Assembly: GCA_002297185.1 (NCBI GenBank)
Contig: DBJV01000071.1
Coordinates: 1-35,795 of the forward strand
Source of the DNA: Christensenella sp. UBA767
GTDB lineage: Bacteria > Bacillota > Clostridia > Christensenellales > CAG-917
DNA: 35,795 nucleotides
Direction: 5' to 3'
Shown here one piece after another: positions 8,256-16,102 of this stretch; the stretch's first letter is position 1, and each line of letters starts with the position of its first letter. Both the position numbers and the translations under genes were made by a program. The notes below the pieces were generated by a model. That model searched no databases, was not told the DNA's origin, and saw only the letters and a program-made list of their open reading frames with translations.

Positions 8256-8744
8256 TTATAAATTTTTTGCGACGAAATATTTGTCCGTCAGTATTTGTTT
8301 TCTTATCGGCATAATCAGTTTGTCTTTGCCGTATTCTTGCTCGAACCATTGCTCGTCGTAGCCTGCGTTTCGCAGATTCTTTGCGAATGCCTCTTCGGCG
8401 ATTGACACTCGTCTGAATGCCGTTCTTAGCGATATATCGTTGTTTGCCGCAATGTCTTGGAACGTCGTTTTCTTGACGATGCGTTCTATCAGAATATTGC
8501 GATCTTTTTCTTTCATTTGCTTAAGTGCGTTTGAAACGACGTACCTCATATTGACGATTCTTCTTTTCTCGTCAGTAAGCTGTAAAATTTCACCAATTAA
8601 TTGTTCGTTGCTTACACCTATTTTCAAATGTCGGCTTTGAAAACTCGACTTTACCCGACTTTGTACCGCAAAGTCTATCTCTTTTGCGATTTTGGGCAAT
8701 AGGGAATAAGCAACAAGTGCTGTGTTGCTCCAATTTTTTTTCAT
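8256..8744 (-). CDS. Small sigma-70 region-4-like HTH protein, function unknown
   Basis: The C-terminal half KDRNILIERIVKKTTFQDIAANNDISLRTAFRRVSIAEEAFAKNL looks like a sigma region 4 / LuxR-type HTH. Strong GGAGGAAAG RBS. No region 2 is evident. Confidence 0.5.
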   Translation of the reverse strand: MKKNWSNTALVAYSLLPKIAKEIDFAVQSRVKSSFQSRHLKIGVSNEQLIGEILQLTDEKRRIVNMRYVVSNALKQMKEKDRNILIERIVKKTTFQDIAANNDISLRTAFRRVSIAEEAFAKNLRNAGYDEQWFEQEYGKDKLIMPIRKQILTDKYFVAKNL

Positions 8745-8870
8745 ACTTTCCTCCGGATAAATTGTTGAAAATTCAACTCCTATGCCAATACATTACAAAA
8801 TGAAATGCCAAAAAGTCAATATATTATGTCATATTTTATGCAAGAAATTTGCAAGTTTTTTCAATTTTTT

Positions 8871-9926
8871 TCACAAGGCAAATCCGATGAGAAATGCAAT
8901 GAGCATAGATGCGGCGCATTGTGTTATTTTTCTCAAAAGTATTTGTCCGAGATTTTGTCCGCATTTTGACAAAAACGTATAGTTTTGCAGCGTTATCGAC
9001 AGTCCTCCGAAGGATACCGCTCCCGTGCATAGAACGGTGGATAAATGCAAGGACGTGCAGTTTGCGCTTTGAATGCATCCGCGCGTCATTTCGATAAGTC
9101 CATAAATTATTGACGTCAATGCGCTCGAAACGTCGGGGGATTTGATGAGATTTTGAAGTCCCAAAAGTTCTAATGTATCCACGAGCATACCGCAAATCAC
9201 CACGTATCCGCCCACGTACAGCATATTGAGAGTGGCTTTTGAGATTGCCTTTGAAAGTATAGAGTCGGTATCAATGTTTAGGGCAAGCGTGCGGTCGTCT
9301 ATCGAAGATTTGCGTTTGCGGTAAAAAAGTCCGTTGATGAGCGCGCCGAGGTAGTGGGATGCAAGTACTATCCAACCAACTCGAGCGTCGCCGAAAATCG
9401 CTCCGCCTATCGTGCCGATGATAAATATAGGTCCAGAAGTCGAACAAAATGCCGCCGTACTCTTTACGTCGTCACTACTCAGGATGCCTGCGTTGTACAA
9501 TTCCTCGCAAGTGCTTGCGCCGACTGGATATCCGCAAAGCGTGCTTAAAAATAGTGCGTATGCGCTTTCTTTGGGAGTGTTGAAAAGAAGTTTGACGGGT
9601 TTTGCGCCAAGTCCCGATATGCCTTTCACCGCGCCCATGTACGTAAGCATGAGCGAGCAGAAGTAGAAGGGGAAGAGCGAGGGCAGAACGCTCGTTGCAA
9701 ACAGCGTCAGTCCTTTGCGCGCAGAGGTAAGGTAATAGTCGGGTTTTGCCAGCATCAGAGCCATGAACGCAAAAAGAGCGGTGCAGGCAAATACTTTTGA
9801 AAAATCTATCTTCCTTTTCGCGTGAATATCCGTGCTTTTTGCGCGCCTCAAAAACTTGCGGCTTGAAAGCGTATTTTTATTTTTGCGCGCCTTTGGCGCG
9901 ATAGGTTTTTTCGCAACGGTTTCCAC
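8871..9926 (-). CDS. ylbJ: YlbJ-like sporulation integral membrane protein (nucleoside-recognition/Gate domains)
   Basis: Polytopic membrane protein with motifs LFATSVLPSLFPF and STLCGYPVGA. It sits next to the ylbM homologue, as in Bacillus. The GTG start has no visible SD, so the start is uncertain. Confidence 0.7.
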   Translation of the reverse strand: METVAKKPIAPKARKNKNTLSSRKFLRRAKSTDIHAKRKIDFSKVFACTALFAFMALMLAKPDYYLTSARKGLTLFATSVLPSLFPFYFCSLMLTYMGAVKGISGLGAKPVKLLFNTPKESAYALFLSTLCGYPVGASTCEELYNAGILSSDDVKSTAAFCSTSGPIFIIGTIGGAIFGDARVGWIVLASHYLGALINGLFYRKRKSSIDDRTLALNIDTDSILSKAISKATLNMLYVGGYVVICGMLVDTLELLGLQNLIKSPDVSSALTSIIYGLIEMTRGCIQSANCTSLHLSTVLCTGAVSFGGLSITLQNYTFLSKCGQNLGQILLRKITQCAASMLIAFLIGFAL

Positions 9927-9992
9927 GCGAAATATTATGATTTGTCGGCATTATTTATGAGCCACGAGCGGCTTGTATTTTGCCTAAATCAT

Positions 9993-10022
9993 AAAAAACA
10001 ACCCACCGACTATACGGTGGGC
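9993..10022 (-). terminator. Rho-independent terminator after tmcAL
   Basis: Minus strand reads cccacc-gtatagtc-ggtggg followed by TTGTTTTTT. Confidence 0.65.
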
Positions 10023-10030
10023 AAGGTTTG

Positions 10031-11125
10031 TCAATAACAGAGTTTTTGAATTTTGCTCGCTTTCTCGTCCAATTCCACGAGCGGCTTGACGGGACAGTCT
10101 TTTTCGCAATCGCTGTGCTTGAAGAAGAAGTATCCGTCGCCTTGTGCAAGCAAAGAGAACAACGCTTTCTTTTTGGATGGCTTGAACGCAAGCACGGTGC
10201 AGTAGGGCTTTTGCTCTTTGGCAAGTTCCACGAGGTCTTTGCCCAGTCCCAGTGTTGCGCAAGCGGCTATACGCTTGATTGTGGAGCGAGTGTAGCGTTT
10301 GCTCGTAAGTCCCAAAAACTCTTCCATAGAAGTGAAAGAGGCTTGACTTATGCGGTTTTCCATTCCCTCGCTGATGTTGGCAATGTCTTTGAGTTGCGAC
10401 GCGGTCATAGCCTTTATTGCGTACGTAGAAATGGTGTTATATTTTTCGATGTTTATAACGTTTTCGAGGTTGACGAAGGGCGGAATAAACGCCGATACGT
10501 CCATACCTTGCGCAATAAGTTCGCGAATTTTTGTGGAAGAGAGGAATTTTTTGCCGTCGTCGGGCTTGCGCTCCACGGAATGATATTGCACTTTTCCGCC
10601 GTACGCCGCGCCTGCTTTCATATATTCGACCGCCAAAATATTATTTGGCGATTGCAACATATTGGAAATATCGGGGCGTATTTGATCGAGCGCGAGAGTG
10701 CGCGATTTTGCCACGGAATAACCCTCGTTGAGATAGCCTTTGAGAAGATTCGACATATCCTTTGACTCGCTGCGCATAAACTCCGCTGCCATATTCAAGT
10801 CCTCGATTTCGTCGCTTTCCGTGCCGAAAGACAGGGTAAATTCGCCGAGCATAGAGAGCGTTTTGAGTGCGCCCTCGGCAAAGCCTTTTGCGGTTGAGAG
10901 AGAATATACGGTGGGGAGTTCGAGAACGAGGTCTGCGCCTGCCTGAATTGCCCAATTGGCTCTAGTGTATTTGTCACACACGCACAAATCGCCGTGTTGA
11001 GTGAAAGATCCGCTCATAACCACGACCAAAGCGTCCGCGCCCGTTTCGCGTTTTGCCTTTTTGAGTTGTTTGAGATGACCGTTGTGGAATGGATTATATT
11101 CGGCTATAACGGCGGTAATTTTCAA
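10031..11125 (-). CDS. tmcAL: tRNA(Met) cytidine acetate ligase (YlbM/UPF0348 nucleotidyltransferase)
   Basis: N-terminal IAEYNPFHNGH motif and about 364 aa. TTG start 6 nt after GAGGA. Confidence 0.85.
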   Translation of the reverse strand: MKITAVIAEYNPFHNGHLKQLKKAKRETGADALVVVMSGSFTQHGDLCVCDKYTRANWAIQAGADLVLELPTVYSLSTAKGFAEGALKTLSMLGEFTLSFGTESDEIEDLNMAAEFMRSESKDMSNLLKGYLNEGYSVAKSRTLALDQIRPDISNMLQSPNNILAVEYMKAGAAYGGKVQYHSVERKPDDGKKFLSSTKIRELIAQGMDVSAFIPPFVNLENVINIEKYNTISTYAIKAMTASQLKDIANISEGMENRISQASFTSMEEFLGLTSKRYTRSTIKRIAACATLGLGKDLVELAKEQKPYCTVLAFKPSKKKALFSLLAQGDGYFFFKHSDCEKDCPVKPLVELDEKASKIQKLCY

Positions 11126-11143
11126 AATAAGTCCTCATTATTG

Positions 11144-11172
11144 TTGATTTTTGTTTATTTATTATTTATAAT
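11144..11172 (+). promoter_or_regulatory. Candidate pta-ackA promoter
   Basis: TTGATT (11144-11149), 17 nt, TATAAT (11167-11172). Confidence 0.45.
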
Positions 11173-11225
11173 TATACCCGAAAATAAAACAATTGCAATC
11201 AATTGCGACATTTTAGGAGTTTTAT

Positions 11226-12227
11226 ATGACAGATTTTGTTGAAAATCTTATGAGCAGAGCAAGCAAACTCGGCAAGACCATTGCACTTGCGGAAGGCGAC
11301 GACGTCCGTGCGGCTAAAGCTGCGGAAATTCTCACGCAAAAAGGCGTTTGCAAAGTCGTTCTCATCGGCAACGAAGAGCAAATCAAGGCAAAATTCCCCG
11401 AAATCGACTTCACGGGCGTTTCTTTTGACGATCCCAAGACGAGCGAACATCGCGCGGATTATGCAAACACGCTTTACGAACTTCGCAAGGCAAAAGGTAT
11501 GACCGAAGAGCAAGCGCTCAATATCGTCACAAACAACAATATGTTCTACGCATGCGTCGCGCTCAAACGCGGTGACGTTGACGGCGTTGTCGGCGGTGCG
11601 GTGTTCAGTTCCGCAGACGTATCGAGAGCCGCTTTCCAAGTTATCAAAGCAGCCCCCGGCATCAGTTCCGTTTCCAGTTGTTTCGTTATGGTTCCGCCCG
11701 AAGATTTCAAATACAAAAAATATCCTGCATACATCTTCTCGGATTGCGCGGTTATTCCGTATCCGACGAGCGACCAACTTGCAGACATCGTCGTTGCGGC
11801 TGCAGACAGCGCAAAGAAGATTTGCCAAATGGACGCAAAGATTGCAATGCTTTCGTTCTCCACGAAGGGCAGCGCAAATCACGAATCCGTCGAGAAAGTG
11901 CGCACCGCTTACGAGAAAGTCAAAGCAGAACATCCCGAAATCAACGTTGACGGCGAACTTCAACTTGACGCGTCCATCGTCGATAGCGTAGCAAAACAAA
12001 AAGCAGGCGACAGCACTGTTGCAGGTCAGGCAAACGTCCTCGTTTTCCCCAACCTCGACGCAGGCAACATCGGCTACAAGATTGCTCAACGCTTTGGCAA
12101 CTGCATGGCAATCGGACCGATTATGCAAGGTTTGGCATTGCCCGTCAACGATTTGAGCAGAGGCTGCGTTGCAGAAGATATCGCGGCTGTTGCGGCAATC
12201 ACGGCACTTCAATCCGTCAAGGACTAA
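11226..12227 (+). CDS. pta: Phosphate acetyltransferase
   Basis: 333-aa short Pta with KTIALAEGDD...R, SRGCVAEDI and LVFPNLDAGNIGYK. RBS is TAGGAG. Confidence 0.93.
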   Translation: MTDFVENLMSRASKLGKTIALAEGDDVRAAKAAEILTQKGVCKVVLIGNEEQIKAKFPEIDFTGVSFDDPKTSEHRADYANTLYELRKAKGMTEEQALNIVTNNNMFYACVALKRGDVDGVVGGAVFSSADVSRAAFQVIKAAPGISSVSSCFVMVPPEDFKYKKYPAYIFSDCAVIPYPTSDQLADIVVAAADSAKKICQMDAKIAMLSFSTKGSANHESVEKVRTAYEKVKAEHPEINVDGELQLDASIVDSVAKQKAGDSTVAGQANVLVFPNLDAGNIGYKIAQRFGNCMAIGPIMQGLALPVNDLSRGCVAEDIAAVAAITALQSVKD

Positions 12228-12239
12228 TAGGAGAGAGAA

Positions 12240-13430
12240 ATGAAAATACTTGTTATCAACGCAGGCAGTTCTTCACTTAAATATCAACTTATCGATATGC
12301 AAACCGAGCAAGTTATGCTCAAAGGTCTTTGCGAGCGCATTACCCTCGAGGGCGGCGAACTCACTCAAAAGACTTCCGACGGCAGAGCGCTCAATATCAA
12401 GCACGATATGAAAGACCATAAAGAGGCAATCGAACTTGTCCTTAAAGCAATGGTCGATCCCGAATATGGCGCAATCAAATCCACGGACGAGATTAGCGCA
12501 GTCGGACACAGAGTGCTCCATAGCGGCGAAGATTTCAATCAATCCGTGCTTATCGACGACGAAGTTATCCGTATCTGCGAAAAGAATGCGGAACTTGGAC
12601 CGCTCCATATGCCCGGCAACATCGCTTGCATAAAGAGCTGCAGAGAGGTTATGCCCAACGTGCCTATGGTGGCGGTGTTCGATACCACTTTCCACAGCAC
12701 GATGCCTGCAAAGGCGTACATGTACGGCATTCCGTACTCCGTATATGACGAGTACAAAGTGCGCAAATACGGTTTCCACGGCACGTCTCACAAGTTCGTC
12801 AGTGAAGAAACTATCAAACTTCTCGGCAAAAAGGACAGCAAAATCATCGTTTGCCACCTCGGCAACGGCTCGTCCATTTCCGCTGTGAAGGACGGAAAAT
12901 GCGTGGATACGTCTATGGGCTTTACGCCGCTCGAAGGTTTGGTTATGGGTACTCGCTCGGGCGATATCGATCCTGCCGCAAGCGAATATATCCGTGAAAA
13001 ACTCAATCTCACTCCCGAAGATCTCGTTCAATACCTCAACAAAAAATGCGGTATGAAGGGTATAAGCGAATTGAGTTCGGATATGCGTGACCTCGAGGCT
13101 GCTATCAACGAAGGCAACCAAAAGGCAAAACTCGCAGTCGAAGTTGCGGCGTATCGCATCAAAAAGTATATCGGTTCGTACGCAGCGGTGCTTAACGGCG
13201 TTGACGCAATCGTGTTTACGGGCGGTATCGGCGAGCATAGCGACCTTATGCGCAGACTCGTTATGGAAGATATGGATTATCTCGGCGTCGATTTCGACTT
13301 CGAGGCAAACAAGGGCAGAGGCGACGGCGTGAGAGTTATCTCCAAACCCGACAGCAAAGTCAAAGTTATCATTCTTCCCACCAACGAAGAATTGTCTATC
13401 GCAAGAGAGACGCAAGCACTTGCAAAATAA
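12240..13430 (+). CDS. ackA: Acetate kinase
   Basis: MKILVINAGSSSLKYQL, GFHGTSH and FTGGIGE motifs. Confidence 0.95.
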   Translation: MKILVINAGSSSLKYQLIDMQTEQVMLKGLCERITLEGGELTQKTSDGRALNIKHDMKDHKEAIELVLKAMVDPEYGAIKSTDEISAVGHRVLHSGEDFNQSVLIDDEVIRICEKNAELGPLHMPGNIACIKSCREVMPNVPMVAVFDTTFHSTMPAKAYMYGIPYSVYDEYKVRKYGFHGTSHKFVSEETIKLLGKKDSKIIVCHLGNGSSISAVKDGKCVDTSMGFTPLEGLVMGTRSGDIDPAASEYIREKLNLTPEDLVQYLNKKCGMKGISELSSDMRDLEAAINEGNQKAKLAVEVAAYRIKKYIGSYAAVLNGVDAIVFTGGIGEHSDLMRRLVMEDMDYLGVDFDFEANKGRGDGVRVISKPDSKVKVIILPTNEELSIARETQALAK

Positions 13431-13440
13431 TCAAAAATAT

Positions 13441-13494
13441 CGCGCTTTGAGAGGTTAAAAACGCCGTTTGTGCGGAAAAAGCCTCAAAAGCGCG
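13441..13494. other. Long imperfect hairpin downstream of ackA (atypical terminator?)
   Basis: cgcgctttgagagg...cctcaaaagcgcg gives about 12 bp of pairing. The 3' side is followed by A-runs rather than a U-tract, so a terminator role on the + strand is uncertain. Confidence 0.3.
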
Positions 13495-13544
13495 AAAAAA
13501 CGTAAAAAACACATTCAAAAATCAACGCAACTTTGAAAAAGCGT

Positions 13545-13573
13545 TTGACATATCTTTGTTTATTTTATATAAT
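13545..13573 (+). promoter_or_regulatory. rpmF promoter
   Basis: Consensus TTGACA (13545-13550), 17 nt, TATAAT (13568-13573). Confidence 0.6.
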
Positions 13574-13619
13574 CAAAACGCTGTGTAAAGCAAATGTTGC
13601 GAAAATCGGAGGTAAGAAG

Positions 13620-13805
13620 ATGGCAGTACCTAAAAATAAAGTTTCAAAATCAAAAACGAATTCCCGTTTTGCTAACTGGAAACTCACAACTCCGGGCCTT
13701 GTAGAGTGCCCCCAATGCCATGAACTTAAAAAGAGCCACCAAGTATGCCCCAAGTGCGGTTATTATGATGGTGAGCAAGTAGTTCAAAAAAAGAGCGAGA
13801 AGTAA
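13620..13805 (+). CDS. rpmF: 50S ribosomal protein L32
   Basis: MAVPKNKVSKSK...CPQCHE...CPKCGYY zinc-ribbon form. GGAGGT RBS. Start trimmed from the ORF at 13533. Confidence 0.95.
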   Translation: MAVPKNKVSKSKTNSRFANWKLTTPGLVECPQCHELKKSHQVCPKCGYYDGEQVVQKKSEK

Positions 13806-13932
13806 TTTAAGCGCACCAAATAGCGATTAACTTTGTCAGGCACGGCTTGCCCCAAAATCACGTACGTCAGTAAGTTGGGTTTTGGTTCAAGTCGTGCCTT
13901 TCGCGTTACTCATCTATTTGGCGCACTTAAAT
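13805..13932 (+). repeat. Rod-like inverted-repeat element, complete copy A (~128 bp)
   Basis: Outer arms are atttaagcgcaccaaatag (13805-13823) and ctatttggcgcacttaaat (13914-13932). Inner stem is aggcacggcttg (13838-13849) with caagtcgtgcct (13888-13899). Central tcacgtacgtc is shared with copy B. Confidence 0.75.
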
Positions 13933-13933
13933 T

Positions 13934-14042
13934 TATTTCAATATTGTTCAAGAGGCTTTTGATGCGATTGACTTTGTAACAATCGCTATTAAACGCACTC
14001 TTCATCTAAATAGCGCCCTTAAATATTTAAGCGCGCCAAATA
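13934..14042 (+). repeat. Degenerate or partial additional copies of the same element family
   Basis: ttcaagaggctttt, cttcatctaaatagcgcccttaaat (a right end) and atttaagcgcgccaaata (a left end) match family motifs. An internal hairpin gcgattg/caatcgc is present. Confidence 0.5.
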
Positions 14043-14095
14043 ACAACCAAATATATTCACGATAAAAGTGGCAAATTCCAAAATACATTTATTTC

Positions 14096-14124
14096 TTGTA
14101 TTATCCGTTTATATTTGATATAAT
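14096..14124 (+). promoter_or_regulatory. Candidate plsX-rnc promoter
   Basis: TTGTAT (14096-14101), 17 nt, TATAAT (14119-14124). Confidence 0.5.
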
Positions 14125-14153
14125 TTACTCAATAATAACTTTATAGGTGAAGT

Positions 14154-15188
14154 ATGAAAATAATCGTTGACGCAATGGGCGGCGACAATGCTCCCGAGCA
14201 GATCGTTCTCGGTGCAATTGACGCTCTTTGCGAAGATAAACAACTCGAAGTTACGCTTGTCGGCGATACGGACGCAATTTGCAAAGTGCTTGCAGGCAAG
14301 AAATATGACGATAATCGTCTTGAAATCATCGATGCAAAAGACGTTATAACCAACGACGACAGTCCGACGATGGCAATTAAGACCAAGAAGGAAAGTTCTC
14401 TCGTAAAGGCGTTTGAGGCTCTCAACAGAGAAGATGCGGACGGATTTGTATCCGCAGGCTCGACGGGTGCGGTTTTGGTCGGTGCGTTTATGAAAGTCGG
14501 TCGCATTAAGGGCGTATCTCGTCCTGCGCTTGCACCCGTTCTTCCCACGCTCAAAGGTAACGGTGTAGTGCTTTGCGACTGCGGCGCGAACGTAGATTGC
14601 AAACCTGTCAATTTGCAGCATTTTGCCATTATGGCAAGTGCGTATGCAGAGGGTATGCTCAGTGTGAAAAACGCAAGAGTAGGACTTCTCAACAACGGCG
14701 CAGAGGCACACAAGGGCAACGAACTTACGCAAGAGGCGTATAAATTGCTCTCTGAGACCAAAGGTATCAACTTTGTCGGCAACTGCGAGGCGAGAGATAT
14801 TTTGAGCGGCGATTACGACGTTGTCGTATGCGACGGATTTAACGGAAATATTGCGCTCAAATCCGCAGAAGGCACGGCAAATACCATGCTCAAACTCATA
14901 AAAGACGGCGTATATTCGGGCGGACTTAAATCCAAACTCGGCGCGCTTATGCTCAAACCCGTGTTCAAAAACGTCAAGAAAAAGATGGACTACAACGCAC
15001 ACGGCGGCGCATGTTTCCTCGGCGTAAACAAGATTGTCGTCAAGTCGCACGGCGCAAGCAAGAGTAAGTCCATAACCGCAAGTATTTTGCAAGCAAAATC
15101 GCTTGCCGAGGCAAAGGTTTGCGACAAAATCAGGAGCGGAATAACCGAAGTTTTGGCTGTTCAAAACGCAGACGAAAGCGCAAATTGA
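14154..15188 (+). CDS. plsX: Phosphate acyltransferase PlsX
   Basis: MKIIVDAMGGDNAP, SAGSTGA and VKSHG motifs. Confidence 0.95.
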   Translation: MKIIVDAMGGDNAPEQIVLGAIDALCEDKQLEVTLVGDTDAICKVLAGKKYDDNRLEIIDAKDVITNDDSPTMAIKTKKESSLVKAFEALNREDADGFVSAGSTGAVLVGAFMKVGRIKGVSRPALAPVLPTLKGNGVVLCDCGANVDCKPVNLQHFAIMASAYAEGMLSVKNARVGLLNNGAEAHKGNELTQEAYKLLSETKGINFVGNCEARDILSGDYDVVVCDGFNGNIALKSAEGTANTMLKLIKDGVYSGGLKSKLGALMLKPVFKNVKKKMDYNAHGGACFLGVNKIVVKSHGASKSKSITASILQAKSLAEAKVCDKIRSGITEVLAVQNADESAN

Positions 15189-15200
15189 CCTTGTTAGAAT

Positions 15201-15890
15201 ATGAAAAACAACGAAATTGTAGAAATCGAAAAGATAATCGGATACACCTTCAGAGACAAGGCTCTTTTGGAGCGTGCCTTCACGCACGGCTCAAAGGAAA
15301 AGGACGCCACCAAAAACTATCAATCTCTTGAATTTTTGGGCGACAGCATACTTGATTTTATCATTGCAAAACGCCTTATGGAAATCAATCCCAACGCACA
15401 CGAGGGCGCGCTTACGAGACTTCGCGCGCAGATTGTGTCCAGAGAGCCGCTTGCGGACGAAATCGCAAAACTCGGGCTTGAAAACTATCTGATAGTAGGT
15501 AAGGGCGAGAACGCTAAGGCAATAAGCAATCAATCAAAGATTATGTCCGATATATTCGAGGCGGTCATAGGCGCAATATATCTCGACAGCAAGAATATCG
15601 ACCTTGCAGAGAAGTTTATTCTTGACAAACTTGCCGATTTGCTCAACGGAAAATGCAAGCACGTAGGCGTTGACGATTACAAGAGCAAACTCAACGAATT
15701 TGCCTCAAAACACGACTTGCAAGTTGAGTATATCGAGGTGCAAAGAACAGGTCCTGCGCACAATCCCACCTTTAACGTTGAGGTGAAAGTCAACACCTTT
15801 ATCGCAGGTTGCGGAAAGGGAAAAACCAAGCGCGAGGCGGAGCAACTTGCCGCAAAAGAGGCGCTTGAACGCATAAACGTAAAGCAATAA
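15201..15890 (+). CDS. rnc: Ribonuclease III
   Basis: RNase III signature NYQSLEFLGDSILD plus a C-terminal dsRBD (GPAHNPTF...GKTKREAEQLAA). Confidence 0.95.
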   Translation: MKNNEIVEIEKIIGYTFRDKALLERAFTHGSKEKDATKNYQSLEFLGDSILDFIIAKRLMEINPNAHEGALTRLRAQIVSREPLADEIAKLGLENYLIVGKGENAKAISNQSKIMSDIFEAVIGAIYLDSKNIDLAEKFILDKLADLLNGKCKHVGVDDYKSKLNEFASKHDLQVEYIEVQRTGPAHNPTFNVEVKVNTFIAGCGKGKTKREAEQLAAKEALERINVKQ

Positions 15891-15916
15891 GCCGAAAATC
15901 AAAAATGTTTCACACA

Positions 15917-15948
15917 AGTCGCAAACTTAACCGTTTGCGACTTTTTCT
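15917..15948 (+). terminator. Rho-independent terminator after rnc
   Basis: agtcgcaaac / gtttgcgact 10-bp stem followed by TTTTT. Confidence 0.75.
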
Positions 15949-15994
15949 ATATTCTAAACGCCTTAAATGCTTGAAATCTTTATTGAAATTCTAC

Positions 15995-16029
15995 AATGTT
16001 TCACGCGATGTGAAACATTTGTGAAACAT
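15995..16029. promoter_or_regulatory. Perfect 10-bp-arm inverted repeat plus an extra half-site upstream of smc
   Basis: AATGTTTCAC (15995-16004), N5, GTGAAACATT (16010-16019), then GTGAAACAT again (16021-16029). A fourth copy, AATGTTTCAC, lies at 15904-15913. Confidence 0.4.
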
Positions 16030-16041
16030 CGTTAAAACCGC

Positions 16042-16070
16042 TTGAAAAAGAGGTTTATTTATGTTATGAT
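16042..16070 (+). promoter_or_regulatory. Candidate smc promoter
   Basis: TTGAAA (16042-16047), 17 nt, TATGAT (16065-16070). Confidence 0.4.
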
Positions 16071-16102
16071 AATTTAGTATTAAATTAAGGTGGTACAAAA
16101 TT

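Noticed and set aside
13441-13494. Calling the ackA-downstream hairpin a standard intrinsic terminator
   Set aside because: The stem is good, but it is followed by A-runs rather than a U-tract on the + strand. It is kept only as a low-confidence structural feature.
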